This document shows, piece by piece, positions 1 through 11,877 of a stretch of DNA of 64,000 bases. The position numbers and the translations under genes were made by a program. A model generated the notes under the pieces. The model was not told where the DNA came from, ran no database searches, and saw nothing but the letters and a program-made list of their open reading frames with translations. How positions within the stretch are numbered: the first letter of the stretch is position 1; every line of letters begins with the position of its first letter. This stretch comes from Octopus sinensis (Eukaryota), in contig NC_043007.1 in assembly GCF_006345805.1 (NCBI RefSeq), positions 39,122,001 to 39,186,000 on the forward strand, written 5' to 3'.

Positions 1-624
1 AATCGTCCTTAAATCACTCACTTTTCCCTCTGAAAATATTAACAATTAAAAAGAAATTTACCGAAATGTTCTTTGGATTTAAAGTGCCAAAAAAAAAAAG
101 AAAATATTGGCTAAAATAGGTCCGGAGTGGGATGATGAGGGAGGAGTGGGGTTGTAAAAAGAGAGAGTTTTCAAAACTCTTTTCATACAATGATGCACCC
201 CACCCCATCATTTAGAAGGTTGTGGCTTTAAAAAAAAAAATTGGGAAAATCCCTGAAAAAAATTTTCTCCACAAATTTCTTTATAATCGTAATCTATGAC
301 GCTTGAAAAGGATTTGAAAACATTTTCATTAAAAGGTACCCATTTTTCTGAAAGTTATGAGGGAAAAAAGTCAGATCGTATGAATTTTCCAAAACTCCCC
401 TCTCCACCAGCTCGGAAAAATTATTTCCCATAAATCCCTATATACTTTGAAGCCACAACATCTAAACGATATCTGCAGAAAATTTTGTTAAAAAGTATCA
501 ATTTTTCTGGGTGTTATGAGGCAACAAAGTCGGGGACGTATACATCTGTTGTAATACCCTTTTATTTATACGATTTTTTCATTTCATGTTTATTTCATTC
601 ATTGTTTGCAATGTTCTTTCTCCC

Positions 625-664
<40 letters not shown>

Positions 665-1221
665 CTGCAAGGCTTACAGATGGGCTGCTGAGTTGTAATC
701 TTTATGTTGCTTTGAGGGCAAGGTAAAAACTTAACAAATTGCTCCTCTCTCTCTCTCTCGCTCTCTCTGTTGTTGGACTACCGTGATGTTTGTTTAAAAG
801 AGAAAGATTATGACTGTGATAAAATAATGAAAGCAATATTTACTAAGTAAGTGAGCACTTTTATACAAAGAAATAATTAGACGTAAAATATAAAAATTAT
901 TAGAATTGGGAATCAAATGTGAAAATATTATCAAGGGACTAGCAGAAAACCGGTAGTCCCTTGATAATAATTGTTGGACATATATAAATACAAATGTTCC
1001 GGAGATTAAAAAAATGTATGGAAAGCTATATAGCTATTAATGTGGTCGTTCTCGTCTTCATACGCGGCTTACTTCATATCGTATCCTACCAACAAAGAAT
1101 AAATGACTAAGACCATATATAAAAGAGAGAAAAAGGGGCCCTAATGACGCCATGTTGTTACAGAGAAGATGCCTAACTACAGCAGTGTACAACGTATTAC
1201 TTAATGATTTCTAGTCAGATA

Positions 1222-1614
1222 TCTTTATATATAAAAGTGAAGTTGTGTGTCTGTCCCCTATGATTTAGATTCCTAACTACTCCCACATTTTGCGGGGCAG
1301 TTTAACCAAAACCGGGTATCTTATAGTCGTGATTCATATTGAGCCCTTCTGGGTATTAGCGCGCGTCTACGATGAGTCTACGATTTAAAAAAAAAATTAC
1401 CATCAATTTTTCCCATTTTTAATGCATTTTTGGCATATATAAGGGAAGTAACTCTCTAAAAATTTATTATTAAATCTCAGAACGTAAAAAGCTACAGTAA
1501 CATCCCCCCTTTGTGGTTAGCCATATTGAGATGGCTATTATACTTTACATCTCTAAAAATGCTTATATAGTTATTTCCCTTACAAACCCGAGCAACGTCG
1601 GGCGATACTGCTAG
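1222..1614 (+). mobile_element. Non-autonomous Helitron (family H1, long form)
   Basis: Starts A|TCTTTATATATAAAAG and ends with hairpin CCCGAGCAACGTCGGG plus CTAG|T. No TSD. Near-identical copy at 17866. Confidence 0.9.
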
Positions 1615-1700
1615 TTGTTGTATAAAATTGTTTAGCGATTTATATGGAAATTATTCATGGTCATTATAGGTGGAGAAAGCAGAAAATAAAGTGAAAACAC

Positions 1701-1796
1701 CTTGTCATGCTTCTGCGTAACAGCTGAAGTTGTTCTTTGAGGTAACTCAAAACAACAGCTTTTACAACACTCCTGGAGATTTCTAGAAAATTCGAC
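1701..1796 (-). CDS. Candidate exon of unidentified host gene (VEFSRNLQECCKSCCFELPQRTTSAVTQKHDK)
   Basis: Acceptor atttcag, donor aag|gtgttt, 96 nt open, unique sequence. Phase-compatible with the 1912-1957 candidate. Confidence 0.4.
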
Positions 1797-1911
1797 CTGA
1801 ATATTTGGCAGTAGGCTTTCAGTTCACTTGGTTATACTTGACTGATTGAACAGTATTCGTGTAGGCGTTAATGCCTTTCAAGCCAAAAGAATTAGTTTTT
1901 TCTAAACTGAC

Positions 1912-1957
1912 CTTGTCATATGGTAGTAAGGTAGGCCGTAGTCTTGAGCAAGAAAAC
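1912..1957 (-). CDS. Candidate exon (FSCSRLRPTLLPYDK)
   Basis: Acceptor aattcag, donor aag|gtcagt. Phase 2 in and phase 0 out links the flanking candidates. Confidence 0.4.
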
Positions 1958-2073
1958 CTGAATTCAATACTTCAAAACTCAGTAGGAAATTCATTACTCT
2001 CTTTCTTTCTCTCTTTTATCAGATATTTTAACGCGAACCCTTGGTATTTGTAGAGCAGATAATATCATTTTAC

Positions 2074-2175
2074 TTGAAATACGATGTGTTTAGGCTCAAA
2101 TTCGTAGATAGGATATGTCTAAGAGCAACATTAGCAAATCGATCTCCTCGGTTTCGGATGACCTTCAGCCCGAAA
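2074..2175 (-). CDS. Candidate exon (FGLKVIRNRGDRFANVALRHILSTNLSLNTSYF)
   Basis: Pyrimidine-rich acceptor ctttattttgtacag, donor aa|gtaaaa, 102 nt, phase 2-2. Confidence 0.45.
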
Positions 2176-2236
2176 CTGTACAAAATAAAGCACATTTGTA
2201 CAATTTTCTCAAACAAAACAAGTCTTCTTTTCATAA

Positions 2237-2237
2237 G

Positions 2238-2305
<68 letters not shown>

Positions 2306-2341
2306 ATTTATCGATCGATCGGTTTGTCTGTCTGTTTGGTG

Positions 2342-2384
<43 letters not shown>
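2237..2384. repeat. (TATC)n and (TA)n microsatellites
   Basis: Direct inspection. Confidence 0.95.
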
Positions 2385-2387
<3 letters not shown>

Positions 2388-2614
2388 GAAATATTAAAAT
2401 AACTAAGTCTCTCTAAAAGAGAACAGCGGCAGCGTTCCCGGAAAATAATAGTTATCGCCATACTAATATGGCATTCTTATAAAAATAAGAAAAAAAGCTG
2501 TCCGCTTATTAGCTCCATGAGGCCATCGCCTTAAGTTAGCTATTTGATACACAAACTGTATCCATATAACCTTCGAACAAGGGAGGTCAGTCGCTCCACA
2601 CTACTTGACCGGCA

Positions 2615-2656
2615 GCTACAGACGCGTTTCGGGGTATTGCCCCTTTTCAATGCAGC
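2615..2656 (-). ncRNA. Minimal type I hammerhead ribozyme motif, U3-A8 variant
   Basis: Reverse complement of 3001-3042. Confidence 0.8.
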
Positions 2657-3000
2657 GTAGCCAGCCAGTAGGTGTCGCTTCCGACAATCTCTCTTCGATG
2701 GTTTTATTTACCTAGTTTCGGTGGAATACATCCACTTGTTTTCAATAATAGAAATATTAAAATAACTAAGTCTCTCTAAAAGAGAACAGCGGCAGCGTTC
2801 CCGGAAAATAATAGTTATCGCCATACTAATATGGCATTCTTATAAAAATAAGAAAAAAAGCTGTCCGCTTATTAGCTCCATGAGGCCATCGCCTTAAGTT
2901 AGCTATTTGATACACAAACTGTATCCATATAACCTTCGAAACTAGGTAAATAAAACCATCGAAGAGAGATTGTCGGAAGCGACACCTACTGGCTGGCTAC

Positions 3001-3042
3001 GCTGCATTGAAAAGGGGCAATACCCCGAAACGCGTCTGTAGC
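3001..3042 (+). ncRNA. Minimal type I hammerhead ribozyme motif, U3-A8 variant
   Basis: GCUGCA-UUGAAAA-GGGG caaua CCCC-GAA-ACGCGU-C-UGUAGC: stem I 6 bp, stem II 4 bp, palindromic stem III, GUC site. Confidence 0.8.
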
Positions 3043-3326
3043 TGCCGGTCAAGTAGTGTGGAGCGACTGACCTCCCTTGTTCGAAGGTTATATGGATACA
3101 GTTTGTGTATCAAATAGCTAACTTAAGGCGATGGCCTCATGGAGCTAATAAGCGGACAGCTTTTTTTCTTATTTTTATAAGAATGCCATATTAGTATGGC
3201 GATAACTATTATATATATATATATATATATATATGAATAAATAAAAAAAATTCACCCATCGAAATATATATATATATATACATACATACATACGTACATA
3301 CATACGTGCATACATACATACATACA

Positions 3327-3358
<32 letters not shown>

Positions 3359-3382
3359 CACACACACGCACACACGCACACG

Positions 3383-3425
<43 letters not shown>

Positions 3426-3495
3426 GTGAGAAAAATAAGAAAATAGAGATAATTCAATTAATAATTATATCTATTAATTACAAATATAGACATAA

Positions 3496-3579
3496 TACCT
3501 GACAGCTGTTTCGATTCAGACTTTAAAGATTTTAACTGAAATAATTCAAATATTATAAAGTTGAATCTCGTCGGAGGTA
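3496..3579 (-). ncRNA. Hammerhead motif, C4 core variant with long loop II
   Basis: UACCU-CCGACGA-GAUUCA...UGAAUC-GAA-ACAGCUGU-C-AGGUA. Confidence 0.75.
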
Positions 3580-3696
3580 GAAAAAAGATATAGCATCACA
3601 TTTATATGTGTTAAGTGTACAGAACATTTCAGCTAATTGTGCATTGATTTATGGATAAATTTGGCGTAGACCTCATAAAGGGGAGAAAGGGTGTAT

Positions 3697-3936
3697 ACTC
3701 TTTTACTCTTTTACTTGTTTCAGTCATTTGACTGTGGCCATGCTGGAGCACCGCCTTTTACTCGACAACTCGACCCCAGGACTTATTCTTTTGTAAGCCC
3801 AGTACTTATTCTATCGGTCTCTTTTGCCGAACCGCTAAGTAACGGGGACATAAACACACCACCATCGGTTGTCAAGCAATGCTAGGGGACAAACACAGAC
3901 ACACAACACACACACGCATATATTATATATATATAT

Positions 3937-3985
<49 letters not shown>

Positions 3986-4133
3986 TACGACGGGCTTCTT
4001 TCTCCACTCACAAGGCTTTGGTCGGCCCGAGGCTATAGTAGAAGACACTTGCCCAGGGTCCCACGCAGTGGGACTGAACCCGGAACCATGTGGTTGGTAG
4101 ACAAACTACTTACCACACAGCCACTCCTGCGCC
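3697..4133 (-). mobile_element. tRNA-derived SINE family B (internal microsatellite, GTAAAAGA-type tail)
   Basis: Head GGCGCAGGAGTGGCTGTGTGG...GGTTCAGTCCC (A/B-box-like). Many copies in the window. Confidence 0.9.
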
Positions 4134-4583
4134 TATATATTTAGGAAAAAGAAATAAATGTGTAATATAATATATAATATACTCTGGGTTATCATTAAAA
4201 AGTATAGAGATAAATAATATATAGTAATTAACCGTGTATTTAAGTATCATATTGATATTGGGGTAAATATATTTATAAAAAATTTAAGTAATGAGGGTGT
4301 ATGAGTTCGTAAGTAAAAATAAGAAATGGAGAGAGTTATAGATATATTCATATATATTTCAATGGATTTATAAATATAAATACATTCACATGTTTATAAA
4401 TATATAGAAATACATAAAAAATATATAGAAATAAAAAATGAAAATAAATGGGCGTTAAATTATCTCATCTTACATATGTACTTACATATATTTACACGCT
4501 CATACATAATAAATGCATGTTAATATCTGTACAGAAATCACATGCAGAGAATTGTATAAATATATAATTGTGTAAATAATATG

Positions 4584-5500
4584 AAGGCGGCGAGCTGGCA
4601 GAATCGTTAGCACGCCAGACGAGATGCTTATCGATATTTCGTATGCCGTTACGTTCTGAGTTCAAATTCCGCCGAGGTCGACTTTGCCGTTCGTCCTTTC
4701 GGGGTCGATTAAATAAGTACCAGGAACGCACTGGGGTCGATATAATCGATTTAATCCGTTTGTCTGTCCTTGTTTGTCCTCTCTGTGTTTAGCCCCTTGT
4801 GGGTAGTAAATAAATAGGCATTTTGTTTGCCGCTACGTTCTGAGTTCAAATTTCGCCGAGGTCGACTTTGCCTTTCATCCTTTCGGGGTCGATTAAATAA
4901 GTACCAGTTACGCACTGGGGTCGATATAATCGATTTAATCCGTTTGTCTGTCCTTGTTTGTCCTCTCTGTGTTTAGCCCCTTGTGGGTAGTAAAGAAATA
5001 GGCATTTTGTTTGCCGCTACGTTCTGAGTTCAAATTCCGCCGAGGTCGACTTTGCCTTTCATCCTTTCGGGGTCGATTAAATAAGTACCAGTTACGCACT
5101 GGGGTCGATATAATCGATTTAATCCGTTTGTCTGTCCTTGTTTGTCCTCTCTGTGTTTAGCCCCTTGTGGGTAGTAAAGAAATAGGCATTTTGTTTGCCG
5201 CTACGTTCTGAGTTCAAATTTCGCCGAGGTCGACTTTGCCTTTCATCCTTTCGGGGTCGATAAATTAAGTACCAGTTAATCCGTTTGTCTGTTCTTGTTT
5301 AGCCCCTTGTGGGCAATAAAGAAATAAGAAACGTTAGCACGCCTGGTGAAATGCTTCGTGGTATTTCGTCTGTCTTTACGTTCAAATTCCGCCGAGGTCA
5401 ACTTTGCCTTTCATCCTGTTGGGATCGATAAATTAAGTACCACTTGCGACTGGTTCCCTCCCCCAAATTTTCGGGCCTTGTGTCTAGAGTAGAAAAGAAT
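4584..5500 (+). mobile_element. SINE family A (Meta/MESC-like core) with internal body amplified as ~184-bp tandem units
   Basis: Head GGCGGCGAGCTGGCAGAATCG and B box GTTCAAATTCC. Core GCCTTTCATCCTTTCGGGGTCGAT...AAGTACC recurs five times (units near 4652, 4837, 5020, 5204, 5379). Confidence 0.9.
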
Positions 5501-7018
5501 ATGTTTCTACTTAGATTCATACACAAATATTTGCTTATACTCAGCGTTAAAAAAAAACAATATTAAATAAATAAAAATGTATTTATTATACGTACTTATT
5601 ATGGTAAAAATAACTGACAACCCTAAATCTATTTTGTATTAATCAAATAAGTTAAAGAGACTCTATTGCTCATATATTTTTAAAATAAGTAGCATTTCAT
5701 TCACTTAGGGATCATTAACGGTAATATAAAATAAAATAAATAAACGAAATAAAAGAACTGAGCTGATATGTTATGTGTATAAAATAAGAGAGCAAGGAAA
5801 GATTTCTTAATTCAAAGAAAAATTTTTATAGTGTTTTTTTTTAATTTAGAGAATAAAATAGTTATGTGTACAATTTAAAATAGAATAAATAAATAAACAA
5901 ACAAAATAAAAGGACAGAGTTGATATGCTATGGGTATAAAATAAGAGAGCAAGGAAGAATCTCTTATATCAAAGAAAAAATTGGATTTATTATCCCTTAA
6001 TGAAGCTTATTTAACCTCTAATTGAACTTATATATATATATATATATTAGAAGGTTTAGAGGTGCTGTACAGGTATTATATGTTAGAGAAAATAAGGTAC
6101 TCAGAAATCTGGATGGTTGTACATTTACAGATTTTTATTAATATGTCACATGTTTTTATAAATCATATATTAGCGCTTGCATCTACTCTAGTAGATTCTT
6201 CTATTATTTTTAAATGCAGTTAAACATTAAACTACAGGATCAACAAAACAGCACATACTATTTTTACAAGGAAACAGTTGACAGTCACTTCCAAGTTTCC
6301 CAAAGGAGACTTTATCAGTATCGAGGTCTTTTTATCCTTTCGGGGTTGATAAAATAAGTACCAGTCGAGAACTGGGGTCGATGTTATCGACTAGCCCCTT
6401 CCTCCGAAATTTCTTGCTTTGTGTCTATAGAAGAAAGGGACATTATTGTTGTTGCTAACTTCTAGACTAGCGGAAGTCTGCTCTTGGGTAAGTACTGTGC
6501 TTGTGAACCTTTTTCGGCACTCTCTATACAACATAGGGAATCCCGTACCCTCTACTGCTGCCGTTAAGTATATTACTAAAATTTCGATTACCATGACTTG
6601 ACTTGGATACTGGAACGGTTTCCCGTTGTCTTTTCCAGTCAGGTGGGATTTGAACTCAGAATGTAGAGAGGCAGAGGATATACCGTAAAGCATCGCTGTC
6701 AATGCATCAACGAGTCTGCCACGCTTACCCCCACCCTCGCAGAGCAACGTAAAATGAAATGTTTTGTTCAAGAACATTGCCCGGTCCGGGAATCAAACCC
6801 ACGATCTAGCGAGTGCAAAACGTTAACCACAGGACCATTCGCCTTCATTCTTGTTAACTTAGAACGTGAATAAGAAAGCAACTCAATCTTGCCAGACTTC
6901 TTGACCCCCACCTCGCCCCGGGTCTTCTTATATCTCTGCCATTCCACCTTACTTATGACGACGTATCAATATCGACATAAACATTTGAAAATGACATCAA
7001 GTCGCAGTGTTCAGTTAC

Positions 7019-7158
7019 TTCAATAAACGTATTGATTTCCCCGTATTGACACAGGGATACCACAAATTTGTAGAGAGATAAAGTTGGTTGACGTCTCGGT
7101 CGGTTTTTGTGTCTGTCAGATCAAGACGTTTGGCTCTTAAATAACCCAATCCATCTAA
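7019..7158 (-). CDS. Candidate exon (LDGLGYLRAKRLDLTDTKTDRDVNQLYLSTNLWYPCVNTGKSIRLL)
   Basis: Acceptor tatttacag, donor aa|gtaact. Ends in phase 2, matching the 2074-2175 candidate. Lies within ORF 7015..7221. Confidence 0.45.
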
Positions 7159-7372
7159 CTGTAAATAGGTCTCGCACAGCAAAAACACCTCGTTGTTGAT
7201 TTTGTTGTGGTTTAGCCTCAAGTCGCCTTCTATGATAAAAGTATTAATAAAAGCAAATCTATGATAAAAAGTATTAACGTAATGAACGTTCGGGTTTTTT
7301 TTTATTCAACTTCATTACCACAGCTTTTACTTACAAACAAGCATAACTTGCTTTCGCTTATTATTTTAAGTA

Positions 7373-7480
7373 CCGTAAATCCTCGAGTATAGTCCGCCCT
7401 TGAGTATAATACGCAGGGGATTTTTAGGGGGCTGTATCTCTGAAAAACCTAAACCTTGTGTATAATACGCACTCCGTCTC
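7373..7480 (+). mobile_element. End fragment of a Tc2/pogo-like non-autonomous DNA transposon
   Basis: TA|CCGTAAATCCTCGAGTATAGTCCG terminus with repeated GTATAATACGCA. No partner TIR found. Confidence 0.45.
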
Positions 7481-7589
7481 TAACTTGAGTCAAGGAGGTC
7501 TATATAACTTTGCTTTGTTTTGGCAGAGCATGGAAGAGCTCGGGCCTGGCTTTAGAGTGGAGGGTACCTTTAGTACAATTCATCACCAC

Positions 7590-7592
7590 CAT

Positions 7593-7641
<49 letters not shown>

Positions 7642-7660
7642 GCTACTGCTACTGCTGCTG

Positions 7661-7702
<42 letters not shown>

Positions 7703-7800
7703 GTAGTAGTAGTAGTAGTAGTAGTACTACTACTACTACTACAACAGCTACTACTACTACTACTACTACTACTACTAATACTACTACTACTACTACTACC
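7590..7800. repeat. (ACT)n/(AGT)n microsatellite
   Basis: Direct inspection. Confidence 0.95.
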
Positions 7801-7894
7801 TTTACACTACCTCTAACCTCATAAAGCACGCTTCTTACTCAGCTCCTGTGTTACACACTTTATCCAATTCGTTCCTTCCTCTGGAACTTCAAAC

Positions 7895-8690
7895 CCGCTA
7901 CATTATTCTTGCCCCTCACTCACCTCCAGATGCTTAGATCCCACTTTCTACATTAATCTTACTGTCACTTGCCTCTAGATGTCCCAATCGCCTTCTACTA
8001 CATTTTCCTGGTATCACTCACCAACAGATGTTCAGATCCTTACTACATTATTTCTAATGTCACTCCTCTTCTTGTTCAAATACCTCCCTCCTACATTTCC
8101 CCACCCTCACTTATCTTTGGATTTCTTGATCCTGCTCTCTATATTTTCCCTGCCGTCACTCATTTCCCTACTACATTATTCCTAATATCACTCCGTTGCC
8201 GTTCAAATCCCTCTATACTACATTTTCCCCAGCCTTACTCACCTACAGATATCTTGATCCCTCCCTACTATATTTTCTCCTGCCGTCAGACATTTCCAGA
8301 TGTCCAAATCCCCTTCTACTACATTTTCCTGGTGTCACTCACATACAGTTGTTCAGCTCATTCTCTACTACATTATTCATAATGTCATTCCTCTTCTTCT
8401 TCAAATCCCTCTATACTACATTTTTCCACCTTCACTCACTTCCAGATGTCAAGATCCTTCCCAACTATATTTTTTTCTTGCTATTAGACACTTCCAGACT
8501 TCCTAATTTCTCCCTACTATAAAATTCATAAGCTCACTCTCTTTATTTAAATCCTTCTCTACTTCATTTTCCCGTCCTCGCTCACCTCCAGATGTCTTGA
8601 TCCCTCCCTACTATATTTTTACTGCCGTAAAGATGTTCAAATCCTCCTCGACCACATTTTCTATACCATCATTCACTCATAAATGTTCAT
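7895..8690. repeat. Degenerate pyrimidine-rich tandem repeat (~50-bp unit, ~320-bp higher-order period)
   Basis: Recurrent CTACATT..CACTCAC..CCAGATGT motifs. The block near 7978 recurs near 8298. Confidence 0.7.
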
Positions 8691-9577
8691 ATTAGACATC
8701 AGTCACAGTTTAAGATAACCTGGGGACTTAATAAGATTTTCTCCTTTTTTTATAATTGACTTACGGCTTAAAAACCAGTGTTAGGGCATGATTGTATTTC
8801 TTTGAAGTACTGACATGTATGTGGCTATGCATATATGTATTGCTAAACGGGTGAGAAATTTATTTCATAATTACAAGATCCTAGGTTCGATCGGATTGCG
8901 TAGCATTTTATGCAAGTGCTTTTTTTTTACCATAACCTGGAGTCGACCCAATCCTTGCGAGCAAAACTGGAAATACAGAAACTGTGTGGAGGCTCGTCAG
9001 GTGGATTACACCTATAATTTAAAAGCCTAGCTTTGTCCCACACAGCATAACATTGAATACTCATCGTCGAAGCCGACGGAGACCCATTTCTTTTCTCTTG
9101 CTTTTTTTCCCCATTAGCGAACATATTTGCGATTATATAACTATTCATGTACATATATGCTTTTATATTCATTATATATCCTCCAACGTGTTACGGTCAG
9201 GTTAAATACCTTCTAGTGTATAATTAGATCAATTTTATGCATTGGGTGTAATAATTCAATGGAGAGAATTCTTCTCAAATGATAAAATAACGAGTTGTTG
9301 CTATCAATGATCGGTGTCTTCAGCGGTGTCTGAGTACTGTCTCGGCAGTCTCAGATACACTACATTACTCTTACAGACCAAGACCAGTAATCAAATTTCA
9401 AGGTCCTTTGTACCCTGAGAACTAGAGACAACGGTATGCCTCAAACATTGAACAGACACCACACAGTCGATATGGAACTCATGGTGGTGTTGGCGGTCTA
9501 CACAAGCACTGGAGTGACACGATTGCGTTAAACGACCGGTCCTAGGCAGCTTGAGTGCTTCCGCTGTCATATGGTTT

Positions 9578-9966
9578 ATCTTTACTCGTTTCAGTCATTG
9601 GACAACGGTCATGCTGGGGCATCACCTTGAAGGATATGGTTGAACAAGCCGGTCCCAGAACTTATTTGTTTTAAGCCTACTACTTATTCTATCAGTCTGT
9701 TTTGTCGAACTGCTAAATCACGAGGATGTGAACAAACCAACACCGGTCGTCAAGCTGTGGAGGGGCCAAACATAGACACAACGATATATATATATATGTA
9801 TACGATGGGCTTCATTCAGTTTCCGTCAAGTAAATCCACTCGCAAGGCTTAGGTCGGCCCGGGGCTATAGCGGAAGTCACTTGTCCAAGGTGCTACGCAA
9901 TGGGACTGAACCTGGAACCGTATAGCTGGGAAGCAAAATTTTGTATCACACAGCCACATCTGCGCC
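9578..9966 (-). mobile_element. SINE family B, diverged
   Basis: Similarity to 3697-4133. Confidence 0.85.
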
Positions 9967-10070
9967 TGTGTGAACCGATTCGCCTACTACTGAGAATATG
10001 TTCAAATCCTATCGAACATGACTTTCCGACCAAATTCGATCAAATATGATACCATCCGAATATTCTGAGA

Positions 10071-10400
10071 CCCCTTTCAGTCATGAATGACCATGGGATT
10101 GCACCTAGAAAGTACCCTCCCAGGCACATGTCCGGGCAAGGTTGTTTATGGAAGACCAGCAGTTGCCCATGTATACTAGCCTCCCCTCTCTATGCCACCA
10201 GTGTTATCCAAGGTAAAGGCAAAAGCCAATACAGCTTGGCAACTGTGACGTCGCAACTTATTTCTACAGCTGAGTGAACTGGAGCAACATGAAATAAAGT
10301 GTCTTGCTCATGAACACAATACGCAGCTCGGTCCGGGATTCGAACTCACAACCTTGCAATCGTAAGCTCGACGGTCTAACCACTGAGCCATGCGCCTTCA
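10071..10400 (-). mobile_element. tRNA-derived SINE family C
   Basis: Head GAAGGCGCATGGCTCAGTGG...GTTCGAATCCC. Similar to 42272-42565. Confidence 0.85.
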
Positions 10401-10470
10401 CATCCGAGTATTAGGGTGCTAGAAAATATCTGAAGAGATGTCATAACTAGCGTGGTACAATCAAATTTAC

Positions 10471-10627
10471 GGAATAGAATACTGAAAATTTGAGGATTAA
10501 AAAAACCGTTCTTATTTTTAAAAAAAATGTATTCCGATAATGAACAAGCGTCAGCAAATGCGTGACGCCAATCGACTAATTGTACAATATCAATCTGCAT
10601 AAGTCTTCTCTCCCTATCGTTACTTAT
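10471..10627 (-). CDS. Candidate exon (ISNDRERRLMQIDIVQLVDWRHAFADACSLSEYIFFKNKNGFFNPQIFSILF)
   Basis: Acceptor ttcttatcacag, weak donor cc|gtaaat, open frame in unique sequence. Not directly phase-linked to 7019-7158. Confidence 0.3.
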
Positions 10628-11187
10628 CTGTGATAAGAACTAAACTCAGTCTCTATTTTCTCTTGATAAGGAATTTTAAAGCCGAAATATTGTGATAAAA
10701 ACAAGTGCAAAAAGGCGAGGAAACTGAAAAAAAAAAAACCCAGTGATTAACGGTGTTGATAAAATGAAATATCATTTAATGGACTTGCACTTTCTCCCCC
10801 ATCCAAATTTGTAACAATGCGTCAATATTAGAAATAATTGTGTTAAATTGTTTGATTATATTTCCGATTTTGTTTGATAATTAAGGTTGTTTAAAGCATA
10901 ACACTATACACCTATCGTGATAAAGAGAATAATTTTATAAATACTTGGGGATTTCTAACAATAGAATAATGCTACATATTTTGACGATTAAATCTAATTC
11001 AATATATAATTGGCAAATGAAGTCGATTTCGACAGGATATTTACTCGACAGATCGTAAAGAACATTCCTGAATACAATTACAATACATTTAAACCCAGCA
11101 TCATCATATTTGAATTTAACTGAGTGAGTCTCTAAGTCAGATGTGGAGGAAACATTTTAATACCAGGAGTTAATTATAAGCGTAGTA

Positions 11188-11395
11188 AAGGTGGCGAACT
11201 GGCAGAATAATTAGCACTCGGGACAAAATGCTTTTCTTCCGACTAAACGTTCCGAGTTCAAATGCTACCGGGGTCAACTTTGCCTTTCGTCTTTTCAGAG
11301 TCGATAAAATAAGTAACAGTTGAACACTGGGGTCGATGTAAACGACTTATCGTCTGCCCCGAAACGGCTGACCTTGCGCCAAAATTTGAAATCAA
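11188..11395 (+). mobile_element. SINE family A, diverged
   Basis: Similarity to the 4584 head and core. Confidence 0.8.
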
Positions 11396-11739
11396 TTATA
11401 AAGTGTTATAATAACGTGTGTGCGTGTGCATCTGTTTGAGGAATATAATATTTCTGTTTAAAACTTCTGGGGTAATTTCGATTAAATCACATTACTGCTT
11501 TGGTCATAAGGATTTAACCAGGCATGAGCAACCTCTTCTGAGAAGTGAAAAACATGAGACATGGCTCATCATCAGGCAAGTTGTACTTCTAAAGTAAAAA
11601 AAAAGGTAATTTTCCGTTAGGCGTATCATTTAATGGACTTGCCCTTTCTCCCCCATCCAAATTTGTAACAATGCGTCAATATTAGAAATAATTGTGTTAA
11701 ATTGTTTGATTATATTTCCGATTTTGTTTGATAAATAAG

Positions 11740-11818
11740 GTGGCTTAAACTGTTCTGTGGCTGGCTTAAACTGTTCTGTGGCTGGCTTAAACTGTTCTGT
11801 GGCTGGCTTAAACTGTTC
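11740..11818. repeat. 21-bp minisatellite GTGGCTGGCTTAAACTGTTCT, about 4 copies
   Basis: Direct inspection. Confidence 0.95.
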
Positions 11819-11877
11819 TTTTAATCTGATTTTTAAATTAGAGACCAAATTAGTGGTTGATTTTAACATTTGTATTG

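Larger units (their letters stand above)
2385..3208. mobile_element. Non-coding Penelope-like/retrozyme-like repeat: 363-bp unit in partial tandem plus an inverted copy, inside (TA)n
   Basis: Sequence at 2388 recurs at 2751. Bases 2937-3208 are the reverse complement of about 2445-2720. The unit carries a hammerhead. Confidence 0.85.

Noticed and set aside
1-570. Possible transposon end with internal repeated motifs
   Set aside because: Cut by the window edge with no diagnostic termini, so it cannot be classified.
7458-7829. Mucin-like poly-Thr ORF
   Set aside because: (ACT)n microsatellite with no supporting gene structure.
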